63,082 nt of DNA, from positions 1-63,082 of IMG/VR virus record IMGVR_UViG_3300025229_000020, one strand, 5' to 3'. The stretch comes from a virus. Within the stretch, counting starts at the first letter, position 1; every line of letters starts with the position of its first letter. A program made the translations under genes and the position numbers. The notes beneath the pieces are model-generated. The model saw only the letters and a list, made by a program, of their open reading frames with translations. It made no database searches and was not told the DNA's origin. This document shows positions 34,215 through 44,459 of the stretch, in pieces.

Positions 34215-36398
34215 GTGAATATCAAGAACAAACTGCTGGATTTCTTTGGGCTACAGGTTAAGCAGCAGGCTATCGAAAAGCAAGATGACAAGCGTTCATC
34301 ATACGCAGAGTCGCCGCCCACTTATATCTTCGACCAATTTAGGGTGTCAGCCGACCGAATCACAACAATTCGTGAAATTCGGGAGCTGATCAAGAAAGAT
34401 CTTCGCTTTAAAATGACAAACCACCGTATCGCCGCAGACGCAACGCGTGGAGGTTGTAGGGTAATTGTGCAGGGGAGCGAAGCACATCGAACACACCTGA
34501 AAAGGCAGGGGAAATCGACTCCTAAACGTTTGACACCGGGAGCAAACATCGCGCAGCAAGTCGTAGATAATTTCATGAGGCGTACAAAGCTATCCGTCAA
34601 ATCAGAAGAACACCTGCGTGCTTTATTGCGTGATGGAGACGTATTCCTTAATCCGGTTATTGATTTGAAAGCCGGCCTTGTGCTGGATGTAAAACGCGCG
34701 CCTGCCTTAACCATGAAACGAAACAGTGATCAATATGGCGAATTTCCTGATCCAGAAAGAGCCTTCAGCCAGATAGACCCATTAACACAAATCAACTCTC
34801 TAATGGAGATCGGACCGCCGAGCAAATCACGAGCTGACTTTGCTCTTTTCCAAATGAATCACATACGTTGGCTGGCGGAGGAGACCGAGCACTACGGAAC
34901 ATCCCATTACGCTTCAGCGCGGAGAACGTACAAGATTCTCGAAAAGATGGAAATGGCGGCAGCGATCAGGCGCGAGTTCAGATCCGTGCAAAAAAATAGC
35001 CACCACTTTCCGGACGGTACGCAAATGAAGGATGTGATTGAGTACGCTCGGGAGAACAGATTGATTGACGAGTTTGGAAACCCTACTCCAAATTCCCATT
35101 TGCTCAGCGATTTCTTCGGAACGGCAAAGGTCGAGGCTATCGAAGCCGACGCCAATCTGTCTGAAATGAAGGATATCGAATACTTCGATGACTTGCTGTG
35201 GCTTAATCTGGGGGTACCAAAGACAATCCTGACATCTGGGCAAAACATCAACCGGGATATTCTAAAGGTGCAGTATCCGCAGTATTTACACTCGCTGGAT
35301 GACATGACAGACACACTGGAGTATGGAGACATCGGCCCCTTTTCCGGGTACCGCGCACTAATTGACCTGCAGTTCCTGCTCGCCGGTATTAATCCGGAAT
35401 CAATCATCTATGACGTTGTGTGGACTGAAAAATCGATGGAGACAGCGTCGGAGCGTCTGGAGAGAGTGCAGAATGCACGTGGAGCAAAAGGTGGAGATGT
35501 CCTTATCACACGCCTAAAAGCCGTCCAGGAGATTGCAGATGACTTCGATATTGAAGATCCGTTGGAAATGATAGCCCAAATTGAAGAAGAAAAGGCTCAT
35601 GTAGCATCTGTTGTCCAAAGCCTGGCTAAACCATTGGATAAATCCAAGAAAGAGGATGAAGAACCGGTAACGGATGTAGTTCTTGCTGACCGACCGGCAT
35701 TCCAAAACCAGGAAGACCAAGCGAAGGAAACTGTCCTTCGTTTTTTTCGTTCCGTTCACCGAAAAATGACTGAGCGGGAAGAGTCCGGGATGACTGATGC
35801 AGCGCTACTGGATTTTTCTGAAGAAATGCTCCTGTCAGTTCTCGATGAAGCTTGGGATGAGGAGCAAGGCAAATATCAGGCCGGCATTGTGAAATGGATG
35901 ACTCTTTCCGGCGTGATGGGAGCAGAACGAGCTGCCATGTTGGTGGCAGACAAGAAGCAGAATGGTCAGCCGGAAGAAGGAGTATTCGTCAAGCCGAGGA
36001 TAGTCAAGGACGATATCAGATCAGACTTGCTGGAGGCATCCAGCGAGAGGATTCGCGGAATCAAGGAGACCACCCGCAATCAAATTCGCGAGGTGTTATC
36101 TGAAGGATTTGAGGAGAATATCGGTTGGCGCGGGCTTATGAAACAAATCGAACCAATCATTATCAATCCGATTCGAGCTGAGATGATTGCCCGTACTGAG
36201 CTCTCCTGGTCCTACAATCGAAGCGCGAAGCGCATATATACAGACGCTGGATTCGAAAAAGTAGAATGGTTTGCTGTCATCGACGATCGCACATGCCCAA
36301 CCTGCATGGAGCGTCATCAAAAGGTTTATCCGATTGATGACCATCCCTTTATACCAGGGCATCCTCGTTGTCGATGCACGCTGTTACCAGCTGACTAA
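34215..36398 (+). CDS. Portal protein fused to an SPP1 gp7 / Mu F-like head-morphogenesis domain
   Basis: 727 aa directly after TerL. The C-terminal ARTELSWSYN...VIDDRTCPTCMERHQKVYP...HPRCRC is the MuF/gp7 signature. Confidence 0.7.
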   Translation: MNIKNKLLDFFGLQVKQQAIEKQDDKRSSYAESPPTYIFDQFRVSADRITTIREIRELIKKDLRFKMTNHRIAADATRGGCRVIVQGSEAHRTHLKRQGKSTPKRLTPGANIAQQVVDNFMRRTKLSVKSEEHLRALLRDGDVFLNPVIDLKAGLVLDVKRAPALTMKRNSDQYGEFPDPERAFSQIDPLTQINSLMEIGPPSKSRADFALFQMNHIRWLAEETEHYGTSHYASARRTYKILEKMEMAAAIRREFRSVQKNSHHFPDGTQMKDVIEYARENRLIDEFGNPTPNSHLLSDFFGTAKVEAIEADANLSEMKDIEYFDDLLWLNLGVPKTILTSGQNINRDILKVQYPQYLHSLDDMTDTLEYGDIGPFSGYRALIDLQFLLAGINPESIIYDVVWTEKSMETASERLERVQNARGAKGGDVLITRLKAVQEIADDFDIEDPLEMIAQIEEEKAHVASVVQSLAKPLDKSKKEDEEPVTDVVLADRPAFQNQEDQAKETVLRFFRSVHRKMTEREESGMTDAALLDFSEEMLLSVLDEAWDEEQGKYQAGIVKWMTLSGVMGAERAAMLVADKKQNGQPEEGVFVKPRIVKDDIRSDLLEASSERIRGIKETTRNQIREVLSEGFEENIGWRGLMKQIEPIIINPIRAEMIARTELSWSYNRSAKRIYTDAGFEKVEWFAVIDDRTCPTCMERHQKVYPIDDHPFIPGHPRCRCTLLPAD

Positions 36399-36480
36399 AG
36401 TTGATTCTGCGAAAGGGGTGATCTCAATTGTAAACCATAGAGCAAGCGCGACTGTTCAAGAATGTGAAAGGAGGAATAGT

Positions 36481-39441
36481 GTGAAACGGCATAAAATGAA
36501 ATTCCGTTATCCAACGGACATGCAGTTTTTTTCTGGAATTGGTTTCACCGCAGGGAACGAAGATGAAGCCATGAAAGATGCACTGGCAGATGATCCATTA
36601 ATGAAACAAATCTTGGAAGCTACCAGTGCGATCGCTTTGCTCGCGATCAAAAAGAGTCTGGCCAACACGCCATTGACGGAGGTAGACCGCCGCATCTATT
36701 ACGAAGCGGTTGAAGCAAAATGCAGAGCAGAATTTGGTTACTATGACGTTGAGTACGCCGCACGCAAAGAGCAGGAGGCAGAAAAGCCAAACCTTGGATT
36801 TACAGTGCAGAATGCGACTGTAACAGTAGCTACTGACTCTGTAAAACTCGCGGTTTTGACTGACAGCGCCGGAGAAACAAAAGATGTTTGTCTGTCTCGA
36901 GCAGTTCCTATATTGGACTCCACACAAAAACCGTCTGGATGGTATCGGCAGCCTGTCTCCCGGGTGGATTCCATAAACGGAAACAACCGCCTTTACCCAA
37001 AGAATGTCTATCAGCCAGCATTGGACCAACTGAAAGCAGCAGGATTCCCTCATGCTGGAGAGCACCCACACCCGCGCAGTTACAAAGGCGCAGATGGACG
37101 GGTGCTTTTTGATTCCAGTGTTCCCAATCAAGCTGTTGTCTTTCGCGATGCCAGCATTGATGAGAGCGGAGTGGTATGGGCCGAATACAAGCCACTGGCC
37201 ACAGACATGGGTAAACAGGTGCAAGCAATGCTTGATGCCGGCTTACCGATCGGTTTTTCCAATCGCATGAGCGGAGACATTGTAACAGCGACTGTACAAG
37301 GAAAAAACGTTGGAGTTGCCAAGCGGCTTAACCTATACACCTGGGACGTGGTGCTTAACCCGGCAGAGCCGGAAGCATTCAGTGCGCCCGAATCTTTAAC
37401 CGATGCAGCTGTATCGGTCATTCTCGATTCCATTTCCAAGGAGGAAAACACTGTGAACTTTTTGCAAATGACTTTATCCCAACTGAAAGCTTGGAAAGCA
37501 GCAAACCCTGGACACGCAGACATGGTCATGTGCGACCAAGCAATTGAACTGAAAGAAAAAGCGGAGAACGCGGCGGCTATTACAGATGAATTGGATAAAT
37601 TGCGCCGTGAAAAAGCAGAACGTGAAGAACGCGAAGAAGCAGAGCGAAAGAAAGCTGCTGCTCAGCAAGCGTTGACCGATGCCGTAACCGCATTGCCTTA
37701 TGACCAAAAAGTAAAGGACGGCTTAATGCAAAAGGGATCCGTCATCACAGACGCTGCTGAAGTCGATAGTTTCATTCAGCGCGAGCGGGCTTTTGTTGAC
37801 TCTCTGGTAATCGACCAACGACTCGGCGCTCTCGGCGTTCCACAAGCTGGCCGCGCAGCTGTAATCGAACCAGGCGTACAAGTGGGCGCTGAAGGCCAAC
37901 CATGGAGACCAATCGTCGATAACCTTCAGTCGGCAATGGATGATGTTATCCGTTCAAAGACAGGCGCTATCCCTGATCCCGAATTAAGAAAGGCAAACCT
38001 GGCAATCATGGATCGCGCCCTGAAACAATTGGAGCGTGAGAACAACCAAGAATTCAAAAAATACATGCAGAGTCTTGCGGATTCTGCAGAAGCCATCAAT
38101 GGCGGTGCGATTACAGATTCCGCTGTATCCACCACTGGTGACTTCGCACAAGCAGCTATCATCAGCAATGCATTGATGACTCAATCCTGGCAAGACCTGA
38201 ACTTCTTGCAGCTGGTCATGGCTGAAGGGTTCGGCGGAACCACTTACAAAGTACCAGTGGAAATCCTGTCCACTGACTTGTATTCGCAGGACGACCTCGT
38301 TGTGGGCGAGCTCGACGGCATTCCAACAGAAGGCGCAACCACGTCGCTGCTGGAATTCGGCGCTGAATGGATCAAGCGCGGTACTGTCGTAACGAAAGAA
38401 GCCATGGTCGAAATGCAGTCTGGTCCATTCCGTTACGATGTTTTGGCACGCAACCTGGCGAACCTGCCAATGCGTTTCCAACGTTATTTGGACCAACGAT
38501 TCAGCTTGGAAATGCTTCATGTAGCTGACGAATACCAGGCGAAAGTTGTCAGCGGTGAGGCTGTAGCTGCTACAGAAATCGAAGAAGCGAATGCATCTAA
38601 CGTTCCTGCTGGCTCCAACGCTGCGTTTGTCGTCAAACTGCTTTGCGGACAGGCAGCCGGTTCGTACAATCCTAAGCTGGTGCCAACGATCGTACGCCCA
38701 CGTAACCGTCAGTCCATTGACGCTGCTGGCCAAAAACAAATTGCAGTGGCAAACAACATTGTGGCAAAGAAGGGTGCAACAACCCTTACACGAGGCACTT
38801 GGGATCCTGTTACTGGTCAAATCAAGAACGGCGACTACGCAGTGGACTTTGAAAAGGGCAAAGTATACTTCACAGCAGCATCCGGCGTAGACGCAACAAA
38901 CCGCCCAACAATCTCTTACAGCTATGCAACTAATGTTTCGTTCTTTGATTTGTCCGTACCAAACGGTGTAGATCCATCGAAATACTTCAATCGCTTGCTG
39001 GAGCGCTTTGACTACGAAAAAGCGTACATGGGATCCGCACCCCGATACGTCACTCCTGACTTCGCGATCGGAAGCCTGAACGCGATGGTTAACCTGAAGA
39101 TTTCCGAGCTGTTCTACAAGTGGGCATCTCCTGAAGGAACTCGTCTTTTGCAGGGTCGCATGTGGTTCGCTGATCGTAACGGGTTGAATCTCGGTGAAAT
39201 CAATGCACCGTGGGCTGCCGGAGATAGCCGTATTCTTCTGGGTAAAATCAACGCAACGCGTTTTGGCGTTGGCTCACCCATGCAAATTGAAGGTCCAGAA
39301 CCTTACTACGATGGAACCGGCAAGCTGACATCTGCGAAGCAATACTATGCGACGGAACAAATCAGCATTGCAACTCCACTGGTAACTGATCGCAACGGTA
39401 TTGTCTACAATCCACCATACCGCACGATTAAATTCGTATAA
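36481..39441 (+). CDS. Large head protein: prohead-protease-like N domain + coiled-coil scaffold-like linker + major-capsid-like C region
   Basis: GTG start 6 nt after AAAGGAGG. NGNNRLYPKNV...AGEHPHP...GFSNRMSG resembles the His/Ser motifs of T4 gp21-type prohead proteases. KAEREEREEAERKKAAAQQ is a coiled coil. The C-terminal ~550 aa lie in the capsid position. No separate capsid gene was seen. Confidence 0.55.
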   Translation: MKRHKMKFRYPTDMQFFSGIGFTAGNEDEAMKDALADDPLMKQILEATSAIALLAIKKSLANTPLTEVDRRIYYEAVEAKCRAEFGYYDVEYAARKEQEAEKPNLGFTVQNATVTVATDSVKLAVLTDSAGETKDVCLSRAVPILDSTQKPSGWYRQPVSRVDSINGNNRLYPKNVYQPALDQLKAAGFPHAGEHPHPRSYKGADGRVLFDSSVPNQAVVFRDASIDESGVVWAEYKPLATDMGKQVQAMLDAGLPIGFSNRMSGDIVTATVQGKNVGVAKRLNLYTWDVVLNPAEPEAFSAPESLTDAAVSVILDSISKEENTVNFLQMTLSQLKAWKAANPGHADMVMCDQAIELKEKAENAAAITDELDKLRREKAEREEREEAERKKAAAQQALTDAVTALPYDQKVKDGLMQKGSVITDAAEVDSFIQRERAFVDSLVIDQRLGALGVPQAGRAAVIEPGVQVGAEGQPWRPIVDNLQSAMDDVIRSKTGAIPDPELRKANLAIMDRALKQLERENNQEFKKYMQSLADSAEAINGGAITDSAVSTTGDFAQAAIISNALMTQSWQDLNFLQLVMAEGFGGTTYKVPVEILSTDLYSQDDLVVGELDGIPTEGATTSLLEFGAEWIKRGTVVTKEAMVEMQSGPFRYDVLARNLANLPMRFQRYLDQRFSLEMLHVADEYQAKVVSGEAVAATEIEEANASNVPAGSNAAFVVKLLCGQAAGSYNPKLVPTIVRPRNRQSIDAAGQKQIAVANNIVAKKGATTLTRGTWDPVTGQIKNGDYAVDFEKGKVYFTAASGVDATNRPTISYSYATNVSFFDLSVPNGVDPSKYFNRLLERFDYEKAYMGSAPRYVTPDFAIGSLNAMVNLKISELFYKWASPEGTRLLQGRMWFADRNGLNLGEINAPWAAGDSRILLGKINATRFGVGSPMQIEGPEPYYDGTGKLTSAKQYYATEQISIATPLVTDRNGIVYNPPYRTIKFV

Positions 39442-39455
39442 GGAGGACTTGCTGC

Positions 39456-39668
39456 ATGAAGGTAAACACTGGTTGCTCGTTCATTCATAAAGTTACTGGC
39501 CAAATGATTCATCCTGGGCAGACATACGAAGATCCAGTAGCGCCAAAAACAGATGAGAAAAAGGAGGCAGCAAGCAAAAAGGCTGCCTCTTCCTCTGCAA
39601 AGGAGAAAGCGGGGGCGGCTGCCGATGACGGAAAAGGAAAAGAAGCTGATAAATCGTCTGCGGAGTGA
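39456..39668 (+). CDS. Lys/Ala-rich small protein
   Basis: 70 aa; RBS AAGGAGGA. Confidence 0.5.
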   Translation: MKVNTGCSFIHKVTGQMIHPGQTYEDPVAPKTDEKKEAASKKAASSSAKEKAGAAADDGKGKEADKSSAE

Positions 39669-40164
39669 AATAGGGGACAAGGAGGAACCCTATCGCTTTC
39701 TTGATGAAGACCTCTATGATCTGTTGAAAGAGGCAGTTGGTGACTATTCGAGGCACCGTCCTCAGAAACTAAGAGGGAAACTCACTTTGTTGTCAGGCGT
39801 CACAGAGTACCAACTGCCAGATGATTACCAAACGTGGATAAGCGGTTTAGCGGGGTACGACATTTTCGAGCGTACCCTTTTCCTTTCCGCAACGCCGACA
39901 GGACAGGTTGATCTCGTATTCACATATTTGGGTGATCACACATTGGAGACCATACCTGATCGTGACGCTTCGCTTTTGTGTGATTACTCCATGTGGAAAC
40001 TGTTGGACAGCATTGTGCGTGAAGGCGCAGAAATTAGCGGTCTAAAACTTGGAAAAGGGCTAGACATCAAGTTTGGGAACTTCGATCAGATTTCCGCGAT
40101 AGCCAAACAGCGCCATGAGCGGTATATGCAACTCGTTACCAAGCCATTAGGGGTGTGGTCCTAA
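39625..40164 (+). CDS. Head-tail connector (gp6-like) protein
   Basis: Position after the capsid gene; N-terminus KEKKLINRLRSEIGDKEEPYRFLDEDLYDLLKEAV is typical of DNA-packaging/connector proteins. Confidence 0.45.
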   Translation: MTEKEKKLINRLRSEIGDKEEPYRFLDEDLYDLLKEAVGDYSRHRPQKLRGKLTLLSGVTEYQLPDDYQTWISGLAGYDIFERTLFLSATPTGQVDLVFTYLGDHTLETIPDRDASLLCDYSMWKLLDSIVREGAEISGLKLGKGLDIKFGNFDQISAIAKQRHERYMQLVTKPLGVWS

Positions 40165-40589
40165 TGAATGCCACCAAGCTTGCTGGAAAAGTCCAACAGA
40201 TTATCGATCGCCATATCCGGAAGAAGGGGTATGAATCAGAAGTCATTTTGGAAACTCCCAAAGACGGTATGATCAATCGCCCGAAACTTTCGATAGAGGA
40301 CGAAGGCAGGGATGACAAAGGCAACGAGATTCAGATGCACCAAGAGAGAATCAAGGTCGTCATAACAGGGCACCAAATCGATGAAAATGCAACTCCTATA
40401 GGGGATAACCCGATCAAACTATTGGATTTCATTGTCATCGACGATAGCAACTTAGGGGATAGGAGCCAGGTGCAGGAAGGCCGTTTTTTGGTCTACAATG
40501 ACGAACGCTACAACATCATCCTGGTTTCTCCCGCCTCATTGGCAGACATCTTGATCATAAAAGAGTGTCAAGCAAGGTCGGTGATGTAG
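40164..40589 (+). CDS. Head-tail adaptor-like hypothetical protein
   Basis: Position; RBS GGGGTG. Confidence 0.4.
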   Translation: MNATKLAGKVQQIIDRHIRKKGYESEVILETPKDGMINRPKLSIEDEGRDDKGNEIQMHQERIKVVITGHQIDENATPIGDNPIKLLDFIVIDDSNLGDRSQVQEGRFLVYNDERYNIILVSPASLADILIIKECQARSVM

Positions 40590-40590
40590 G

Positions 40591-41157
40591 ATGGCTGGCT
40601 TTGATGAACTGTTTAAAGCCTTGAACTCGATACCAAAGCAAGTGGACGCTGCCACGAAGCGGGGTTTAAAACGCGGGGCTACCAAGGTAATGAGAAAAGC
40701 GAAGGAGAAACTAGGCTCCTACCAATCTGAATCTGGTCCATACACGGCGTGGAAACCTCTCAAACCGTATACAGTGGCTCGTAAATTTACGGTTAAATCT
40801 GGACCAAACAAAGGCTTCTTCAATAAAAAAGGGCTGAAATTGCTCCATCAGCCAGGTGGTTGGCGAGTCGGATCCAGCGCTGATGCTCCACTCGTAGACA
40901 CTGGACTATTGCGCCAGGCCATCACAACAGATGACAGCGATCTGAACAGCAGAGGGATTATGTATGTCGGCGTTGCTTCTGGCGGAGCTGAACCGGGGAA
41001 GGGAGATCCGGCAGACTACGCTGCAGCCCATGAGTTTGGATACGCGCCGAAGAATATTCCAGAGCGCCCATTCCTGCGTCCGGCCCTGCATGAGTCCCAG
41101 GATGCCATCAAGGAAGCTGTTACCTCTGAATTAATGAAGGGGTTGAGGCAGTTATGA
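40591..41157 (+). CDS. HK97 gp10-family tail-completion/neck protein
   Basis: AAHEFGYAPKNIPERPFLRPAL matches the gp10-family motif. Confidence 0.65.
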   Translation: MAGFDELFKALNSIPKQVDAATKRGLKRGATKVMRKAKEKLGSYQSESGPYTAWKPLKPYTVARKFTVKSGPNKGFFNKKGLKLLHQPGGWRVGSSADAPLVDTGLLRQAITTDDSDLNSRGIMYVGVASGGAEPGKGDPADYAAAHEFGYAPKNIPERPFLRPALHESQDAIKEAVTSELMKGLRQL

Positions 41158-41687
41158 GCGTAAGGGACCCCTTGATTTGCACTTACAAAGCAATCCAGGA
41201 GGCGATACGGCATGTGCATGGACAAAACTTTCAGATTCGCGATGACACACCCAATCCGATCGAGTTTAAAAAGATTCTGCCGGCCGCCAACATCTCGTAT
41301 GTGAGCGGAAAAGCTGAGAAGGCTTTGATGAGAGAGTACGAGCCGCATGGCATCAAGAAAAATTCGGACGGGACGTTCACTGTTGGCACTGAGTCAACTA
41401 GGTTCGACTATCTCATTCAGGTCTCCTTTTTTGCGAATAAACCTGGAATCGCGCAGCGGATGTCAACTACATTCATGGCGTACATCGAGACAGAAAACGA
41501 AATCCCCATTCCTGATGACGATTGGGAGAAGACGATGGACATTTTCTTAGCTTCTCCACCAATCCCTCCAAGGGGAGAGCCCGATCTGTACCAAGTGGAT
41601 GCAACGTACCAATGCACCGGCAAGCTGATAACCGAGACAGTGGTCAATGCCGTTGATATATCGAAATTTAAACCGAAAGTAGGTTGA
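41154..41687 (+). CDS. Tail-completion-like hypothetical protein
   Basis: Position between the gp10-like gene and the sheath gene. Confidence 0.4.
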   Translation: MSVRDPLICTYKAIQEAIRHVHGQNFQIRDDTPNPIEFKKILPAANISYVSGKAEKALMREYEPHGIKKNSDGTFTVGTESTRFDYLIQVSFFANKPGIAQRMSTTFMAYIETENEIPIPDDDWEKTMDIFLASPPIPPRGEPDLYQVDATYQCTGKLITETVVNAVDISKFKPKVG

Positions 41688-41691
41688 AACA

Positions 41692-43221
41692 ATGATTCTG
41701 CGTGGTGTAACATCCTTGGCCGGGTACCCACCTGGCGTGTATGTAAACGAGCTTGCCGTACCACAAAGCGACGACATAAAAACAAGTGATTTTATTCCTG
41801 CATTTATTGGGGAGTTTGACCGTGGCCCAGTGAATCAGTATGTGCTGATCAGCGAGACTCCTACAACAAAACTGTATGAGGTAGCTGCTCCTATACTGGG
41901 TCTGACAACGAAACCGAATGCCGGAAATGCATTGCTGGACCATTTGAAACATGCCAAGATCCAGAAGGCCGCATTTGTCCGCGTGCTGGGAGCAGGGCAC
42001 CAGACAGCAAGCCTAACGCTGAAAGATCGTCAAGCCACATCGAAGGACACAGCCCTGATCAAGCCAAAGGCTGGCCCCGGTGATTTTGCAAATATCTTCA
42101 CAGCGGAAGTGCTGGATGGTACGGCAGCAGGAACTTTCAAGTTAATCCTCGTTTCCGACTTCGGACAGGAGACATACGACAATTTGACGATGGACCCTTC
42201 AGGTGCTCGATATGCGGAGAAGATCATCAACTCCAGCAGCGGGCATTTTGTATTTGAAGATCTGAAAAGTGATGCCGCAGACTTCTCCGATGCAATACCG
42301 GCTGTAAAAGCAAAAACACAATTGACTGGCGGTTCCAATGGAGCTCCAGTAACAGATAGCGATCGCATTGGAACGTATGATCCCGGAACAGGAAAGCGAA
42401 CCGGTCAGAAGTTACTTGAAGTAATCGGAAATATCGTGACAGACGTCGCACATGTAAACTACTCCAGTACAGAAGTAGATAGTGCCCTCACCACCTTTGG
42501 TGAGAAGTACAACTGCACGACATACACTGGAACCGACACAGCCCAAACAGCGGAAGATGCTGTAACATACCGCAATACTTTCGACTCCGACTTTGGGCAA
42601 ATGGTTTTTGGCTACTACCGATCAGTGACAGGACAACGGCTTTCAGGCGCATGCCTCTCTGCAATCGTACATGTAAAAGGAAACGTGGAGGACTCTGGAC
42701 TGGCTGTTGAGTGCGGCTGGATCGTGGGAGCTGATCAAGAATTAGGCTTCGATGATTACTCCAAACTGTACGAGCATCAGATTGCGGCATTCCAATTGAA
42801 GCCATCTGCAACTGGAGACGGATCGTTGGCTTGGAGAATGGCGAATGACTACACGCTGGCTAAAACTGATGTGGCCGGCGCTGTAATCTCGGACAATGAG
42901 AACCGCAAAACCAATAAGCGTCGCTTGAATAGCTGGATTGAAAAGCAACTCGAAGCGGTCGCTGCTCCATGGCAGGGCAGAGCGATGACAAAGAAAATGC
43001 GTGATGACGCTGAGCGTCGCACCAGAACATTCTTTGACAAACTCGTTCAGCCCACAAACGCCGAAGAAACAAGCAAGATCGAGGCCTACTCGATCGTTTT
43101 CAATGACTCCGCCAAGAACATCGACCAATTCATTGAGGACATCAAAGTGAAGCACTACAACACCGCCGAATGGATTCTTTTGAACTTCATGGGCGGAACA
43201 AACGTGGAGGTGGATCAATAA
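41692..43221 (+). CDS. Contractile tail sheath protein
   Basis: 509 aa; N-terminal PPGVYVNE motif; followed by the tube gene. Confidence 0.8.
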   Translation: MILRGVTSLAGYPPGVYVNELAVPQSDDIKTSDFIPAFIGEFDRGPVNQYVLISETPTTKLYEVAAPILGLTTKPNAGNALLDHLKHAKIQKAAFVRVLGAGHQTASLTLKDRQATSKDTALIKPKAGPGDFANIFTAEVLDGTAAGTFKLILVSDFGQETYDNLTMDPSGARYAEKIINSSSGHFVFEDLKSDAADFSDAIPAVKAKTQLTGGSNGAPVTDSDRIGTYDPGTGKRTGQKLLEVIGNIVTDVAHVNYSSTEVDSALTTFGEKYNCTTYTGTDTAQTAEDAVTYRNTFDSDFGQMVFGYYRSVTGQRLSGACLSAIVHVKGNVEDSGLAVECGWIVGADQELGFDDYSKLYEHQIAAFQLKPSATGDGSLAWRMANDYTLAKTDVAGAVISDNENRKTNKRRLNSWIEKQLEAVAAPWQGRAMTKKMRDDAERRTRTFFDKLVQPTNAEETSKIEAYSIVFNDSAKNIDQFIEDIKVKHYNTAEWILLNFMGGTNVEVDQ

Positions 43222-43655
43222 TGCCACAGGCAGGTCTGCTCGGAAAGAAACTCGTAATCGGGATTACCGATTCTGATGGTAAAGTCTTGCAAAGGTCGCC
43301 GGAAATTTTGAAGTGGTCTGAAGAGGAAATCACTTCAGAAGAAAAGAAAAACCCAATCGGTGAAGAGGATGAATTTCGTCAGGTCATCCAGAATGGGTGG
43401 AAGGGCGCCATCAGTGGCCAAGACACGAATGGAGCTTACGATGACATCGTAGACGCCAAAATCAAGTATCAAGAAGAAACCGGGGATACGCTGGAATTTG
43501 TAATTTTTACGACTCGAACCTATCGGGACGGTACCGTTAAGAAATACAAATACATCGGTGTAACCTTCGATGGCTACAAGGCCGATGTAGACGGAAATAA
43601 CAAGCCAGTAAATAACTCGATCAATTGGCAGGCAACGAAACGCGTGCCTATCTAA
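43221..43655 (+). CDS. Tail tube protein
   Basis: 144 aa directly after the sheath gene (TAATG overlap). Confidence 0.65.
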   Translation: MPQAGLLGKKLVIGITDSDGKVLQRSPEILKWSEEEITSEEKKNPIGEEDEFRQVIQNGWKGAISGQDTNGAYDDIVDAKIKYQEETGDTLEFVIFTTRTYRDGTVKKYKYIGVTFDGYKADVDGNNKPVNNSINWQATKRVPI

Positions 43656-43669
43656 AAAGGAGGAGCCTC

Positions 43670-44020
43670 ATGGATTCCGTTAAACTTTCGACTGGTAAAG
43701 TAATTACATTAAGACAAAAGAAAGGCCAGCATAAATTCATTGAAAAGCGACTGCTTGCCACTTGCATGGGGGAAGGCGGACAGAACTTCGGTGGACTCCT
43801 TACTTCCATGACCATCGCATCCGTCGTCAGCATCGAGGCTATTGACGGGGAGAAAGTAAACATTCCCACGAACATTGGCGAGGTCTTCGAGTTGATGTCC
43901 AACTTTGAATACGACGAGTGGGAAGAATTCGAAATGAGGCTTGCACCTCCAGCAATCCAGGCGAAGTTGGAAGAACTCGCAAAAAACTCGCAAGCGAGCC
44001 CTGGTTCAGAAACAGAGTAA
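43670..44020 (+). CDS. Tail assembly chaperone (short form)
   Basis: Position before the tape measure gene; RBS AAAGGAGGAG. Confidence 0.65.
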   Translation: MDSVKLSTGKVITLRQKKGQHKFIEKRLLATCMGEGGQNFGGLLTSMTIASVVSIEAIDGEKVNIPTNIGEVFELMSNFEYDEWEEFEMRLAPPAIQAKLEELAKNSQASPGSETE

Positions 44021-44151
44021 ACGTAGCTCTGGCGTCTGGGGCTGGCATTTCATATAACGAAACGATGGATATGGATGAGGTCACATTGATGGCCACCATC
44101 ATCGTCCTAAATGAATGGAATACGCAAGATTCCCCCGATAACGAAGAGTAA
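43670..44151 (+). CDS. Tail assembly chaperone, -1 frameshifted long form
   Basis: Join of 43670..43987 and 43987..44151, as in the conserved G/GT arrangement upstream of tape measure genes. Confidence 0.55.
43981..43987 (+). other. -1 programmed ribosomal frameshift slippery heptamer A-AAA-AAC
   Basis: In frame 0 the codons are GCA AAA AAC. The -1 frame stays open to 44151 (track ORF 43918..44151). Confidence 0.65.
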
Positions 44152-44247
44152 TCGGGGGCCTTTCTAAGCCCTATCAATCGAAATGATGGGTTTAGAAAGG
44201 TAGATGATGTAAAATATAGACAAAACTGAACAGAAGGAGATGGGTCA

Positions 44248-44415
44248 ATGTTCGGAATTAAGAAATCAGATGATGTTGGGATTATCAAAGCCTGTCCTTT
44301 TACTTTTCCATTGTCGTTAAGAGAGGGTAAGGTTGGTAAGTTCGGAAAATGCATTCAAAACGAATGTCAATTGTGGGATGAAGAAAGAAAAGATTGCGGC
44401 CTGAAACAAAAATAA
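44248..44415 (+). CDS. Cys-containing 55-aa hypothetical protein
   Basis: RBS GAAGGAGA; a terminator follows directly. Confidence 0.45.
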   Translation: MFGIKKSDDVGIIKACPFTFPLSLREGKVGKFGKCIQNECQLWDEERKDCGLKQK

Positions 44416-44430
44416 TATAGATACCGTTTA

Positions 44431-44459
44431 AAGCGCCTTTTTTAAAGGGCGCTTTTTTC
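44431..44459 (+). terminator. Rho-independent terminator
   Basis: AAGCGCC...GGCGCTT followed by T6. Confidence 0.7.

Noticed and set aside
36271-36480. N-terminal 70 codons of the 1056-aa track ORF (36271..39441)
   Set aside because: This stretch overlaps the 3' end of the portal-MuF gene in another frame and has no RBS. A strong AAAGGAGG lies 6 nt before GTG 36481, so the shorter start is preferred.
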